Shown here: one piece after another, positions 47,928-57,423 of the stretch
How the letters are laid out: the number at the start of each line of letters is the position of its first letter
Numbering within the stretch: the stretch's first letter is position 1
DNA from: a virus
IMG/VR virus record: IMGVR_UViG_3300012953_000015
Span: 79,013-143,012 of that record
Reading direction: 5' to 3' (one strand)
DNA length: 64,000 nt
Made by a program: the position numbers and the translations under genes
The notes under the pieces: model-generated
The model's database searches: none
Told to the model about the DNA's origin: nothing
Seen by the model: the letters and a program-made list of their open reading frames with translations, nothing else

Positions 47928-49015
47928 TGGTAGAGACTAGAACTTTAGTTGTAGATGTCGACGACACTATTTCTACCCATGTTAATCGTGATTACGAAAA
48001 CGCAATCCCGCACACGAAAATTATAAATAAGATAAACAAAATGTACGATTCAGGTTGGAAGATTGTATATTTTACAGCGCGCGGACAAGTTTCTTGTAAC
48101 GGGGATTTAGAACTAATTAATCAGCTTAGAAGGCCGGTTCTTGAATCTTGGATGGAGAAGCATGGAGTGAAGTATCACGAGCTAATGTTTGGAAAACCTA
48201 TAGGTGTCTATTACATCGATGATAAAGCGATGCGTCCTGAAGAATTTATGGACTTGGAATATGAAGTTTTGAAAGGCGGCTCCGGAGGATCTATAGAGAA
48301 AGTTGGCGATCGGATTATTAAAAAAGCTAATAACGCTAAAGACCAATTTCGGTGGTATAAGTCGGCCGCTAGTTTATGCCACGTTCCTAAAATTAACACC
48401 TATTACGGTGATACTTTAGATATGGAATACCTTGAAGGATCTAATTTAAACGACGTTTGTGCTAAGGAACACATAGATTATTTAGTCGATTTGTTGACGA
48501 GGTTTAGTGATATAAAAGTTTCTAATAATAGCTGGCAAACCATGATAGATAGAGTTAAAGATCACATCTCTTTAAACGCTGTAAGAAATGAAAGAGAAAT
48601 TATAAAACTTTTAGAAAGTCAGCAAGTTAGAGATTTTATGGATAGTCAAGCTAGTTTTTCACACGGCGATCTTACATTAGAAAACTGCATCCTTATGGAT
48701 GATAAGGTCTATCTTATAGATCCTAATTGCCCCGACAACATTTACAGTTCTTGGGTAATGGATATCGGAAAACTGTATCAATCTTTGCATTATTCTTATG
48801 AAGAGAATTTCTCTGGATTCAAAACAAACGTTGATAAAGAAGAGCTTTTCGGTCATTTATATAGAAAATTTAACGAGAATTTTTCTAGATATTTTTTACT
48901 TTGTGAAATGATTCACTACATTCGAATGATTAAATACAAGCCAGATGATCAAAAAAGTCTTGTAAGGAAAAGAATTCAAGACATTTTTAAGGAAGTGAAA
49001 ATTGTTTTTAGATAA
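47927..49015 (+). CDS. Fusion of BcbF-like HAD phosphatase and APH/choline-kinase-like phosphotransferase
   Basis: N-terminal VDVDDTI, FTARG, GKP, YIDDK; C-terminal GGSGG, HGDLTLEN, LIDP. Confidence 0.8.
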   Translation: MVETRTLVVDVDDTISTHVNRDYENAIPHTKIINKINKMYDSGWKIVYFTARGQVSCNGDLELINQLRRPVLESWMEKHGVKYHELMFGKPIGVYYIDDKAMRPEEFMDLEYEVLKGGSGGSIEKVGDRIIKKANNAKDQFRWYKSAASLCHVPKINTYYGDTLDMEYLEGSNLNDVCAKEHIDYLVDLLTRFSDIKVSNNSWQTMIDRVKDHISLNAVRNEREIIKLLESQQVRDFMDSQASFSHGDLTLENCILMDDKVYLIDPNCPDNIYSSWVMDIGKLYQSLHYSYEENFSGFKTNVDKEELFGHLYRKFNENFSRYFLLCEMIHYIRMIKYKPDDQKSLVRKRIQDIFKEVKIVFR

Positions 49016-49457
49016 GAAAGAATTAGCTGAAAAATTGGGGAGAGATCCAACTGTTGGGTTTACTTGTTCTACTTTCGATCTTTTCCATTCTGGTCACGTC
49101 GTAATGTTGCAAGAGGGTAAATCACTTTGTGATTATCTCGTAGTGGGATTGCTAACCGACCCTACTATTGATCGCCCAGAAACTAAAAACAAACCGGTCC
49201 AAAGCGTGATGGAGAGGTACTTGCAACTAGCTGCGTGTAAATACGTTGACGAAATTATACCTTTTGAATCTGAGCAAGATTTAGTTGACTTGATCTTAAC
49301 GATTAATCCCGACATAAGAATAGTCGGGGAAGAGTATAAGGGATCTGATCACACCGGCGTCGGTTTGTGTCCTATTCATTATAATAAGAGAAGGCATTCT
49401 TTCTCTACCACGCAACTAAGAGAGAGAGTTTTAAAATCAAGGGAGAAAAGCGAATGA
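49002..49457 (+). CDS. TagD-like cytidylyl/nucleotidyltransferase (HxGH family)
   Basis: STFDLFHSGH, KYVDEIIP, FSTTQLR. Confidence 0.9.
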   Translation: MFLDKKELAEKLGRDPTVGFTCSTFDLFHSGHVVMLQEGKSLCDYLVVGLLTDPTIDRPETKNKPVQSVMERYLQLAACKYVDEIIPFESEQDLVDLILTINPDIRIVGEEYKGSDHTGVGLCPIHYNKRRHSFSTTQLRERVLKSREKSE

Positions 49458-50851
49458 AGATTGCAATGATTTTCGGCAAAGGCCTAGACGGGTGTGGGGT
49501 CCAGAGAGGGGCTGTAGAGATTGCTACTTGGGCTCAAAGAAACGATGTTAAATTTGACATATATTATATGAAGGGTAGAAGCTTCGCACGTGCTAAAGGC
49601 CACTCGATGCCAACTGAACCGATAGAGTTTAAGCATTCAGAGATACCTTCACTAGTAGAAAGATTAAATTCAGATTACGATATTGTAATTTTAAATTCAT
49701 ATCCGTCTTCTAAGCACGATCCGCAAGCTATAATGTCGTTTTATGAAAATTTAGTTAAGAAGATTGAAGAGCCAGTTTTAGTTGGGATGATGCATGAGAT
49801 AAAGAAAGCTAATATCGATGCTATTCCAATGATATTACCGATACTAAATTACTGCGATATCGTTTACAATTTTTCTGAAAAGACATTCTTTTCTAACGAA
49901 TTTTCTTCTTATTTTTCTTCCAAGATTCTAGGCGAGAGAACTAAAAGATTTAAGATGTGGATAGATCTTAATGAGATGAAGAAAAACTATAGAGATGTAT
50001 ATAGTTTAAAAGACAAAGACAAAAAGTTGATGTATGTCGGTCGTTGGACTTCTATGAAAGATCCGAGAAGGGTTCTCGATTTATACCCTACTATGAAAGA
50101 AAAAGACCCAAACTTTAGGCTGGCTTTACACGGGATAGAAAGATCAATTGGCGCTAAGTTTGATATTATAGATCATCCAAACTCAGTTTACGATTTAAAT
50201 TTCAATGGGTATGACTGGGACGTAGATGGTGTTCCAACATTCGGTCCATACGATTACGCTGATGGCATGGAGCTAATATCTAAATCTTTGTTTGCTTGCT
50301 CTTTTTACCGTTTACCTAAAGAACCTCACAATTACGGAGATAGGATGGAATATACTCAAATAGAGATCATTGGGTGTGGAACAATTCCTGTTTTTGACAA
50401 GCACTATGGAGAGCACAATATAGATTCTAACGGGAATAGGTATATTGACAATGATTACCTAGCTGTTTGGTCTTCTCGTGATGATTTAGGGGAAACTGCT
50501 GATAAACTAATATCTATTGCTGATAGCCCCTCTGAACAAAAGAAATACAGGGATTCAAGTTTTGATTTTATCGATCGAGAATTCAACGCAGACAATGTTC
50601 TTCCCGAGATGTTTGACTACATTTTGAAGACAGGAAAAGATAACAATAAATTTTCTAATGACAGAGATTTGCTTACTCATCTCTTCCGTGACGACCGAGC
50701 TTTCAACGATTATCTCGAGATACTTGAACAAGGTAAAGTTCCAGCTGTCGGCATTAAACAAGTAACTAATCAATCATTATGTTTCTTTGAGAAGAAAGCT
50801 CGCAGAGAATTTGCTTGCTACAAACAAAAAAGGGTTAGGAGAAAGAAATGA
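49454..50851 (+). CDS. DNA alpha-glucosyltransferase homologue (T4 AGT-like, GT-B)
   Basis: GLDGCGV, ILNSYP, VGRWTSMK, GIERS, MEYTQIEIIGCGTIPVF are collinear with T4 AGT motifs as recalled (GLEGCGV, INSVP, IGRTTTWK, GLERS, LEYTHLELGACGTIPVF). Confidence 0.85.
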   Translation: MKIAMIFGKGLDGCGVQRGAVEIATWAQRNDVKFDIYYMKGRSFARAKGHSMPTEPIEFKHSEIPSLVERLNSDYDIVILNSYPSSKHDPQAIMSFYENLVKKIEEPVLVGMMHEIKKANIDAIPMILPILNYCDIVYNFSEKTFFSNEFSSYFSSKILGERTKRFKMWIDLNEMKKNYRDVYSLKDKDKKLMYVGRWTSMKDPRRVLDLYPTMKEKDPNFRLALHGIERSIGAKFDIIDHPNSVYDLNFNGYDWDVDGVPTFGPYDYADGMELISKSLFACSFYRLPKEPHNYGDRMEYTQIEIIGCGTIPVFDKHYGEHNIDSNGNRYIDNDYLAVWSSRDDLGETADKLISIADSPSEQKKYRDSSFDFIDREFNADNVLPEMFDYILKTGKDNNKFSNDRDLLTHLFRDDRAFNDYLEILEQGKVPAVGIKQVTNQSLCFFEKKARREFACYKQKRVRRKK

Positions 50852-52005
50852 GTGATATTTCTTGGGCAACTATGATTCCTCTTATTGGAGGATCTGCTAT
50901 AGGATGCAGCCAAGCTACTGAAAATTTGCCAAAGTTTCACTTAAGTTTTAAGGCTTTTGAGCAAAACGAAAACCACTTGACTAGCTATTGGCCAGATATT
51001 CAGAGAATCGATTTGGATGAAGTTGCTCTTCCGCAAGCCCGGCTTGATTTCGTCAATTCTGTCTGCCCGTGCGCAGGATTAAGCCAATTAAACACAAGCC
51101 AAGATCAGTCTACGAGAGATAGCAAGAATGCTTGGATGATGAAAACTTCTAGAATCGTTCTAGAACAAGTTCGGCCTAGAGTTTATTGGGGGGAAAACGC
51201 TCCCGCTCTCTATACTAAATCGGGAGAATCAGTCAGAGAACAGTTGAAGGAAATAGCAGCAGATACCGGCTATTCATTTTCAGTATATAGAACTTCTACC
51301 TTTAAACATGGCATACCACAAAAGCGTTTAAGAACTTTTTATTTTTTCTGGGATTCAAAGACTGCTCCAATCATGAATTGGTACGACAGGAAAAGAGACA
51401 ACCTAATAGAGTACCTGAAAAAGATACCCTCGGATTCTAAGCAGCAGGACGTTTATAATTTGAACGATATTTTTACTAAATTTCCATCTTACGCCTTTTT
51501 GCTTGAAAAGCACGAGTTAGACCACAAAGCTTTTATAGAAAAATTTGGTTCTGGACCAGCTCACTCAGTGCATCAGTTTATTGTAAGGAACGATCTTATT
51601 GATGAGTGTTTAGAGTGGTTAAATGACAAGAATCCAGAGCACAAAGAAGTTAGGAAATTTGAGCATATTAAGAATAAGCTTTCGATGGGAAAGAGTTTCT
51701 TAGATCATTCACCAGCTTTTTACAACGACTGTACTAACGCTATAGTCGGCAGAACCTTACAGATGATTATGCACCCGGAGCAACCTCGAGGCATGAGTCA
51801 TAGAGAAATTATGCACCTTATGGGACTCCCAAATGATTTCAATTTACAGACCAAAAGATTAAACGACGTTGCTCAAAATGTTCCAACTTGCACTGCAAGA
51901 GACATGACATACGAAGTTATGAAATATCTAAAAGGGCAGTTAGAAAATTCTGGTCACGTAAATTATAAACAAGATAACATTAAAAATGTTTCGGGTGAAT
52001 TATGA
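50848..52005 (+). CDS. C5-cytosine DNA methyltransferase-like protein with divergent SAM motif
   Basis: Motif IV CPCAGLS, VI GENAP, VIII GIPQKRLR, IX REIMHLMGLP, X AQNVP; motif I reads IPLIGG instead of FxGxGG. Confidence 0.8.
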   Translation: MSDISWATMIPLIGGSAIGCSQATENLPKFHLSFKAFEQNENHLTSYWPDIQRIDLDEVALPQARLDFVNSVCPCAGLSQLNTSQDQSTRDSKNAWMMKTSRIVLEQVRPRVYWGENAPALYTKSGESVREQLKEIAADTGYSFSVYRTSTFKHGIPQKRLRTFYFFWDSKTAPIMNWYDRKRDNLIEYLKKIPSDSKQQDVYNLNDIFTKFPSYAFLLEKHELDHKAFIEKFGSGPAHSVHQFIVRNDLIDECLEWLNDKNPEHKEVRKFEHIKNKLSMGKSFLDHSPAFYNDCTNAIVGRTLQMIMHPEQPRGMSHREIMHLMGLPNDFNLQTKRLNDVAQNVPTCTARDMTYEVMKYLKGQLENSGHVNYKQDNIKNVSGEL

Positions 52006-53012
52006 AAGTTTTAGTGACAGGTGGTTTAGGGTTCATTGGTTCTAACTTAGTTAGAAAATTACTTGAAAAAAATTATTCTGTAGATGTAATAGATGATATG
52101 TCTAACGGGAGTTTAGACTCTTTACATGGTTTAGATTTTAGAACTGTTCCTGTCAACTTTTTGCTAAAATACGAGCATGAGAAAGAGGAAGAAGATAACA
52201 AGAATTTGTTAGTTATAACAGGGGATTTTGCTCACAGGTATGTACTGGGAAGGATCGCTGATAAAAAATATGATTTTGTTTTTCATCTTGCTGCTCTTCC
52301 AAGAGTAGAGTACTCAGTTGAAAACCCTATAGAAACTTCTGATATCAATGTTATGCGTAGCATAAAGTTACTGACCGCGTGCGTAAAAAATATAAAAAGA
52401 TTTATTTTCAGTAGCTCTTCAGCAATATATGGAAACGTAGAAGATAATTTTCCGTCTCGTGAGAGTGGTTCTGTCAAACCTAGTTCTCCATACGGCTTAC
52501 AAAAGAAAGTTGTTGAAGATTACTGCAAACTTTTCTATTGTCTTTACGGGTTGGATTCTGTTAGTTTAAGGTACTTCAACGTTTATGGACCCGGCCAGTT
52601 AGGCGACAGCCCTTACTCTACTGCAGTTTCTGCTTGGATAAACAAATTAGTAGAGAAGAAACCGCTTCGAAGTGATGGAGATGGAACACAGTCTAGAGAT
52701 TTAATTTTCGTTGACGATATTTGCGCTGCAAATATCTTATGCGCAGAATTTAAAGGTAGCTTAGAGGGAGATGTTTACAACGTAGGTACCGGTAAAGCTT
52801 TATCTAACAACCAAATTTTAGAAATGTTAGAAAAACATTGCGGTAGATACCAAGTGATAAACGCGCCGGAGAGAAAGGGAGACGTGAAGCATACCCTTTC
52901 TGATGTTGCTAAAATAAAAGAAAAATTATTTTTTATCCCAGAAATAAATTTCGAAGAAGGTTTAATTAAAACGCTGGAATGGTGGGGGCTTAAAAATGAA
53001 GAGCAATCCTAG
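52002..53012 (+). CDS. NAD-dependent NDP-sugar epimerase/dehydratase
   Basis: TGGLGFIG, SSSAIYG, YGLQK, RYFNVYG, GDGTQSRD. Confidence 0.92.
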   Translation: MKVLVTGGLGFIGSNLVRKLLEKNYSVDVIDDMSNGSLDSLHGLDFRTVPVNFLLKYEHEKEEEDNKNLLVITGDFAHRYVLGRIADKKYDFVFHLAALPRVEYSVENPIETSDINVMRSIKLLTACVKNIKRFIFSSSSAIYGNVEDNFPSRESGSVKPSSPYGLQKKVVEDYCKLFYCLYGLDSVSLRYFNVYGPGQLGDSPYSTAVSAWINKLVEKKPLRSDGDGTQSRDLIFVDDICAANILCAEFKGSLEGDVYNVGTGKALSNNQILEMLEKHCGRYQVINAPERKGDVKHTLSDVAKIKEKLFFIPEINFEEGLIKTLEWWGLKNEEQS

Positions 53013-53586
53013 ATTTGAGATATTCACCGGCCCCATGTTCGGAGGAAAGACGACAAGGCTATTATCTTCTTTAGAGAGGTACACATATCAAAATAAGAAT
53101 GTGTTACTTTTTAAGCCTAGGATAGACACAAGGTATTCTGATTCATCTATAGTCACTCACTCTGGGATAAGTTGGAGTGGTAATAAAAATTCGTTTAGTA
53201 AAGTCATAAGGGTAGAAACGAGTGAAGAACTGTTTTCTCTTTTTGAAAACTACAATCAAAAGTTTGATGTAGATGTAGTTGCTTTAGACGAAGCTTTCAT
53301 GATTGAAAATGTTTCTGAGTCTTTAATAAAGATTTATAAAATGGGAAAAACAATCTTAGTTTCTAGTTTACAACTTTCTTCGGGAGGGACTCCCTATAAT
53401 GAAATGAGCAAGATCATGCCTTGGGCTACAAGCGTACAAATATGTCCAGCTGTTTGTTCTGTCTGCGGCGAAGACGCTTACTATACTAGCAAGAGCTCTG
53501 GTAAAGATCATGACTCTATAGAAGTAGGTGGCTCTGAAATGTATCAACCGCGGTGTTTTCAACATTTCATAAACGAGATATCCTGA
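52996..53586 (+). CDS. tdk: Thymidine kinase (TK1 type)
   Basis: GPMFGGKT, FKPRIDTRY, LDEA, CSVCG, YQPRC. Confidence 0.92.
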   Translation: MKSNPRFEIFTGPMFGGKTTRLLSSLERYTYQNKNVLLFKPRIDTRYSDSSIVTHSGISWSGNKNSFSKVIRVETSEELFSLFENYNQKFDVDVVALDEAFMIENVSESLIKIYKMGKTILVSSLQLSSGGTPYNEMSKIMPWATSVQICPAVCSVCGEDAYYTSKSSGKDHDSIEVGGSEMYQPRCFQHFINEIS

Positions 53587-53611
53587 ATAATTATAATTCG
53601 ACTTTTATAAT
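53583..53611 (+). promoter_or_regulatory. Sigma70-like promoter CTGAAT-N17-TATAAT
   Basis: Perfect -10 box with the recurrent -35 box. Confidence 0.65.
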
Positions 53612-53639
53612 ATGGAAGTGTGCTTAATAAAGAAAGAGT

Positions 53640-54500
53640 ATGATAATGGTTGAACCAAATTCTGTAAATGTAGTGATATATCACGCAGATTGCACTGATG
53701 GTTTCGGCGCAGCGTATTCAGCGTGGAAACAATTGGGAAATAGAGCTGAATATCACGCCGCTAAACACGGACAAACTCCACCTGACGTAAAAGATAAAAT
53801 TGTTGCTATATTAGATTTTTCTTTTGATAATGCAACAACTAAGAGAATGATTGAAGACGCCGAAGGTCTTATCGTTATAGATCATCACAAATCTGCTATG
53901 GTTGAACTCCACGATATCTCGAACACTCATTTTGATATGACTAAAAGTGGTGCGATGTTATCCTGGGAATTTTTCCATCCCGGAAAAGAACCTCCTAAGT
54001 TCGTGTCTTATATTCAGGATAGAGATTTGTGGAAATGGGAATTACCGTATTCAAAAGAGTTTGCTGCTGCTTTTGATATGATTCCTTTCGAATTTGAAGA
54101 GTTCGAAAAGTTTGAAGACGATTCAGTGTTTGATGATGCAGTCAAAAGAGGATCATATATTCTTGCGTATTCAAAGACTGTTGTGAAAAAAGTTTGTGAA
54201 AAAGCAGTTATCCGTTACTTTGAAGATAAAAAGATTATGATAGTAAACGCGTCTCACTGGATGTCAGAGATAGGAGCGAGACTATCTCCTGATTGTGATT
54301 TCGCAGTTATTTGGTATTTTGACCACGATGATGGTATTACCAAAGTAAGTTTACGCTCTTTTCATGACAACGTTGACGTGAGTGAGTTTGCCAAAAAATT
54401 CGGTGGTGGTGGTCATAAAAAGGCAGCCGGCTTCACTTTAGCCAAAGATCAGCATATAGCAGATATATTCTCGTTAGAACCAACAAAAGCTGAACAGTAA
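53640..54500 (+). CDS. DHH/DHHA1 phosphoesterase
   Basis: YHADCTDG, IDHHKS, DRDLW, SLRS, GGGGHKKAAGF. Confidence 0.9.
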   Translation: MIMVEPNSVNVVIYHADCTDGFGAAYSAWKQLGNRAEYHAAKHGQTPPDVKDKIVAILDFSFDNATTKRMIEDAEGLIVIDHHKSAMVELHDISNTHFDMTKSGAMLSWEFFHPGKEPPKFVSYIQDRDLWKWELPYSKEFAAAFDMIPFEFEEFEKFEDDSVFDDAVKRGSYILAYSKTVVKKVCEKAVIRYFEDKKIMIVNASHWMSEIGARLSPDCDFAVIWYFDHDDGITKVSLRSFHDNVDVSEFAKKFGGGGHKKAAGFTLAKDQHIADIFSLEPTKAEQ

Positions 54501-54527
54501 GCATATTTATTGTTGTTTGGAGAAGTT

Positions 54528-56621
54528 ATGCAAAAAAATAATTCAGAAATACTGTACGAAATATCTTTAAAACTTTTAAATAAAGAAAATTTAGTTGAAA
54601 ATATATTAGGAGAATCTACACTAGTTCCTCTTCTTTTAGAAGATATAGAAGATAAAGACGTAGAAAATTTAAGAAAAGCAGTTAATCAATCTCTAAAAGC
54701 AGTATCAACAAATCAAAAACTAGCAATTGATCAAAAACTAAAATCTGTTTCTGATTATTTTGGTAAAATCAAGTCTTCTCTAGAAAAAGCTTCTGCTCTC
54801 GTTGCGCAAATTGACTTAGAAGACGATTCAGGCATTATGGGAAAAGCAAAGTCTCTTTTTGGCAAAAAGGTCTCTACCCCTAGGGCTATGCAAGCGGTAA
54901 TAGATTTACAAAACAAATCCAATGTTGCTGCTAAAACTATGGCTAACGCCTTTTCTTTGATTACTAAAAACTTGGATAGTTTAAAAGTTTCAGATGATAG
55001 AAAACTTTCTGATTTGACTGACGATCAAGACGGAGTCAGCGCAGAAAAAATCAAAACTGGAATCTCAAAAGCTTTTAACGCTGCAAAACCTAAGGGTTTT
55101 ATGGCTAAGCTTGGAAGCTTGATGGGAAAGCTGAAGCTCCCAAACATACCTGGCGCTGAAGACATCGGGGATTTCCCCACAGATGAAGCTGCATCCGAGC
55201 TTTTGAATTTAACCTTCGGAGAATTTAAACGAACTGGAGAAGATGCTGAAAAAAGCGCAACTGCAGCAGAAGATTCCAAAGTTCCAGCTGACGTTATAAA
55301 GGATGTTAACACAGAGGCGAAACCAGAAAAAAGTTCCGAACTTCCTCCTGAAGCAAAAAAAGCAGAAAAAAGACCAGATTTCAACGCGGAAGATTTAATT
55401 AGATTATTAGCTCTTGCAAAATCTCCTGTTGCTAAAGCATTGAAAGACATGCCTAAAGAAGAGCAACAAGCTGCTGTAGAAGATCAAGTTGATAAAATAG
55501 CTTCTGGAGAAATTAGCCCAGAAAAAGCAGTTTCCGAAGTAGAAGATGAAGTAAAGAATTCTCCAAAGTGGTCTGAAATATCAAAATCTTTTCTAGATAG
55601 TCTTCCTGAAGAAGAAAAAGAAGTTGGAAAAAGCTTAGCGTCTGTCCTTAAAGGTGATGAAGATTTCAAAAAGAAGATTGGTTCATCTATCAATATGTCA
55701 GAGTCTTTTGATTACTCTAAAATACCGATGTCTATTTTACTAAAAGAAAAAGTATCTTTTGAAGATATCATGACTGCAGCTGACGATGTAATAAAAGACA
55801 AGCAAAAAGCAAAAAGTTCAGCTATTGGGTTAGCTAGTAAGATAAAAGATGCCGGAGTAGACGTTTCAAACATACCAGAAAAAGAAACAGAGGAGAAAGT
55901 TGAAATGAAGACTGGTGAGATTTACAATTATAAAACTAACAAAGGGAAAGAAACTACTGTAAAGATAGTTCAAGTCTTCGATGACGGAGATGTATTAGTT
56001 AATTCCTCTGATGGAAAAGGCGGTTTTAAGAAAAATAAATTTAGGTTTAAATCTAGCAAGCTTGGAGAGAAAGTTGAAGGATCTTCTCCTACTGAAAGTG
56101 AAGGAGGAGCGGGAGGGTCTGGAAGTCCAGAGTCTGAATCAGATCCTACAGCAAAGATTAAAGCGGTTGCTTCAGCTGCTAGTTCTAGCCCTATGTCTCC
56201 TAAAGATGCTATCTCTAAAGCTCTCACCGATTGGGAATCAGGACTTTCTGCTTCAAGCCAAAAATCTTTGAAAGCTAAAAACAGAGGCGGAAAATTAAAA
56301 GATGCTGTCTTCACTGGTATTGACAAAGGGAAAAAAGCGGTCGAAAGAGCTGTTGCAAAAGCAGTTAAAGATTGGAGATCTGAAAATGAAGAAGTTTTGA
56401 TTAAATCTAAAAGGTTTGCAAAGAAAAATTTTGATTCTCTCCAGCAAATGATACCAGCCCTAGCAGCGCAAGTTTTATCTCAGGCGAAAGAAAACCGCCA
56501 AAGAAAGTTAACGACTGTAGAAATTAAAAACTTTGTTTATAATAGATTAGAAGAAAAATTTAATGTTTCAAACAGGCTATTTGAAACTTGGCAGAAAAAT
56601 GCAGGTTTATTAAAAGGTTAA
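54528..56621 (+). CDS. Large hypothetical protein, probable virion protein
   Basis: ATATTTAT at 54503 and GGAG SD before ATG 54528; Lys/Glu/Ala-rich; several LLxE sites. Confidence 0.7.
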   Translation: MQKNNSEILYEISLKLLNKENLVENILGESTLVPLLLEDIEDKDVENLRKAVNQSLKAVSTNQKLAIDQKLKSVSDYFGKIKSSLEKASALVAQIDLEDDSGIMGKAKSLFGKKVSTPRAMQAVIDLQNKSNVAAKTMANAFSLITKNLDSLKVSDDRKLSDLTDDQDGVSAEKIKTGISKAFNAAKPKGFMAKLGSLMGKLKLPNIPGAEDIGDFPTDEAASELLNLTFGEFKRTGEDAEKSATAAEDSKVPADVIKDVNTEAKPEKSSELPPEAKKAEKRPDFNAEDLIRLLALAKSPVAKALKDMPKEEQQAAVEDQVDKIASGEISPEKAVSEVEDEVKNSPKWSEISKSFLDSLPEEEKEVGKSLASVLKGDEDFKKKIGSSINMSESFDYSKIPMSILLKEKVSFEDIMTAADDVIKDKQKAKSSAIGLASKIKDAGVDVSNIPEKETEEKVEMKTGEIYNYKTNKGKETTVKIVQVFDDGDVLVNSSDGKGGFKKNKFRFKSSKLGEKVEGSSPTESEGGAGGSGSPESESDPTAKIKAVASAASSSPMSPKDAISKALTDWESGLSASSQKSLKAKNRGGKLKDAVFTGIDKGKKAVERAVAKAVKDWRSENEEVLIKSKRFAKKNFDSLQQMIPALAAQVLSQAKENRQRKLTTVEIKNFVYNRLEEKFNVSNRLFETWQKNAGLLKG

Positions 56622-56622
56622 G

Positions 56623-57063
56623 ATGAAAGAAAACATTAGGCCATCTTGGGATAATGTGTGGGCAAATGTTGCTAGAGAAATTTCTAAAAGATCTTACGAT
56701 CCACGCTACCAAGTAGGAGCAATAGTTGTAACTCACGACAATACTCAGGTTTTATCAGTAGGTTATAATGGAAATTACGCTGGTGGACCTAATAAGGTAG
56801 AATCGGATATTCCTGGCCAATCTGGCTTTATTCACGCAGAGATAAACTGTTTGTTAAAAATGGATTATAATAATCCGAAAAGAAAAATAATGTACTTAAC
56901 CCTCAGTCCTTGCCGGCAGTGTGCAAAAGCTATTGTAAATGCAGGTATATCAGAGGTTGTATATTTAGAGAAGTACAGGGATGTTTCAAGTATAAAAATT
57001 TTAGAAGAAGCAGGTGTCACTTGTCGTGAATATTTAGACTTAGCGGAGGATTTAAATGAGTAA
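56623..57063 (+). CDS. dCMP deaminase
   Basis: VGA, GYNG, HAEIN, SPCRQC. Confidence 0.92.
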   Translation: MKENIRPSWDNVWANVAREISKRSYDPRYQVGAIVVTHDNTQVLSVGYNGNYAGGPNKVESDIPGQSGFIHAEINCLLKMDYNNPKRKIMYLTLSPCRQCAKAIVNAGISEVVYLEKYRDVSSIKILEEAGVTCREYLDLAEDLNE

Positions 57064-57421
57064 AGCTGAAAATTTTTTAAAAGCGCTACTATTGAAAGAG
57101 TACGAAGATAGACTAAAAAACTTTTCTTTACTAAAAGAATCTTCAATTATGGATAAAGACGGAAATGTAGTTTTAGAGCCTAATTTAAAAGTTAGACACA
57201 AAGAATCGGGTTTTGAATATACTATTAAAAGAGTTTTAAATGATGAAGGAAGAGTTCAGATTATATTAAGGACCCCAGATTCTCCAAGATTTCAACCTTC
57301 TTCTATTCCTAACCAAGTGATAGCTGGAAAAACTGAAAAAGAAGAATTACCAGCTCAGGATTTAGGCGATGAATTCGCAATTAATCGTGAAGAATTTGAA
57401 AAAAACTATGAGGTTGATTGA
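57056..57421 (+). CDS. Hypothetical protein
   Basis: GGAGG SD; ATATTTAG at 57030. Confidence 0.7.
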   Translation: MSKAENFLKALLLKEYEDRLKNFSLLKESSIMDKDGNVVLEPNLKVRHKESGFEYTIKRVLNDEGRVQIILRTPDSPRFQPSSIPNQVIAGKTEKEELPAQDLGDEFAINREEFEKNYEVD

Positions 57422-57423
57422 TA

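Noticed and set aside
46401-53586. TET/JBP-dependent hmC pathway
   Set aside because: No 2OG-Fe(II) dioxygenase (HxD...H) ORF was recognised near the C5-MTase-like gene; one could exist outside the window.
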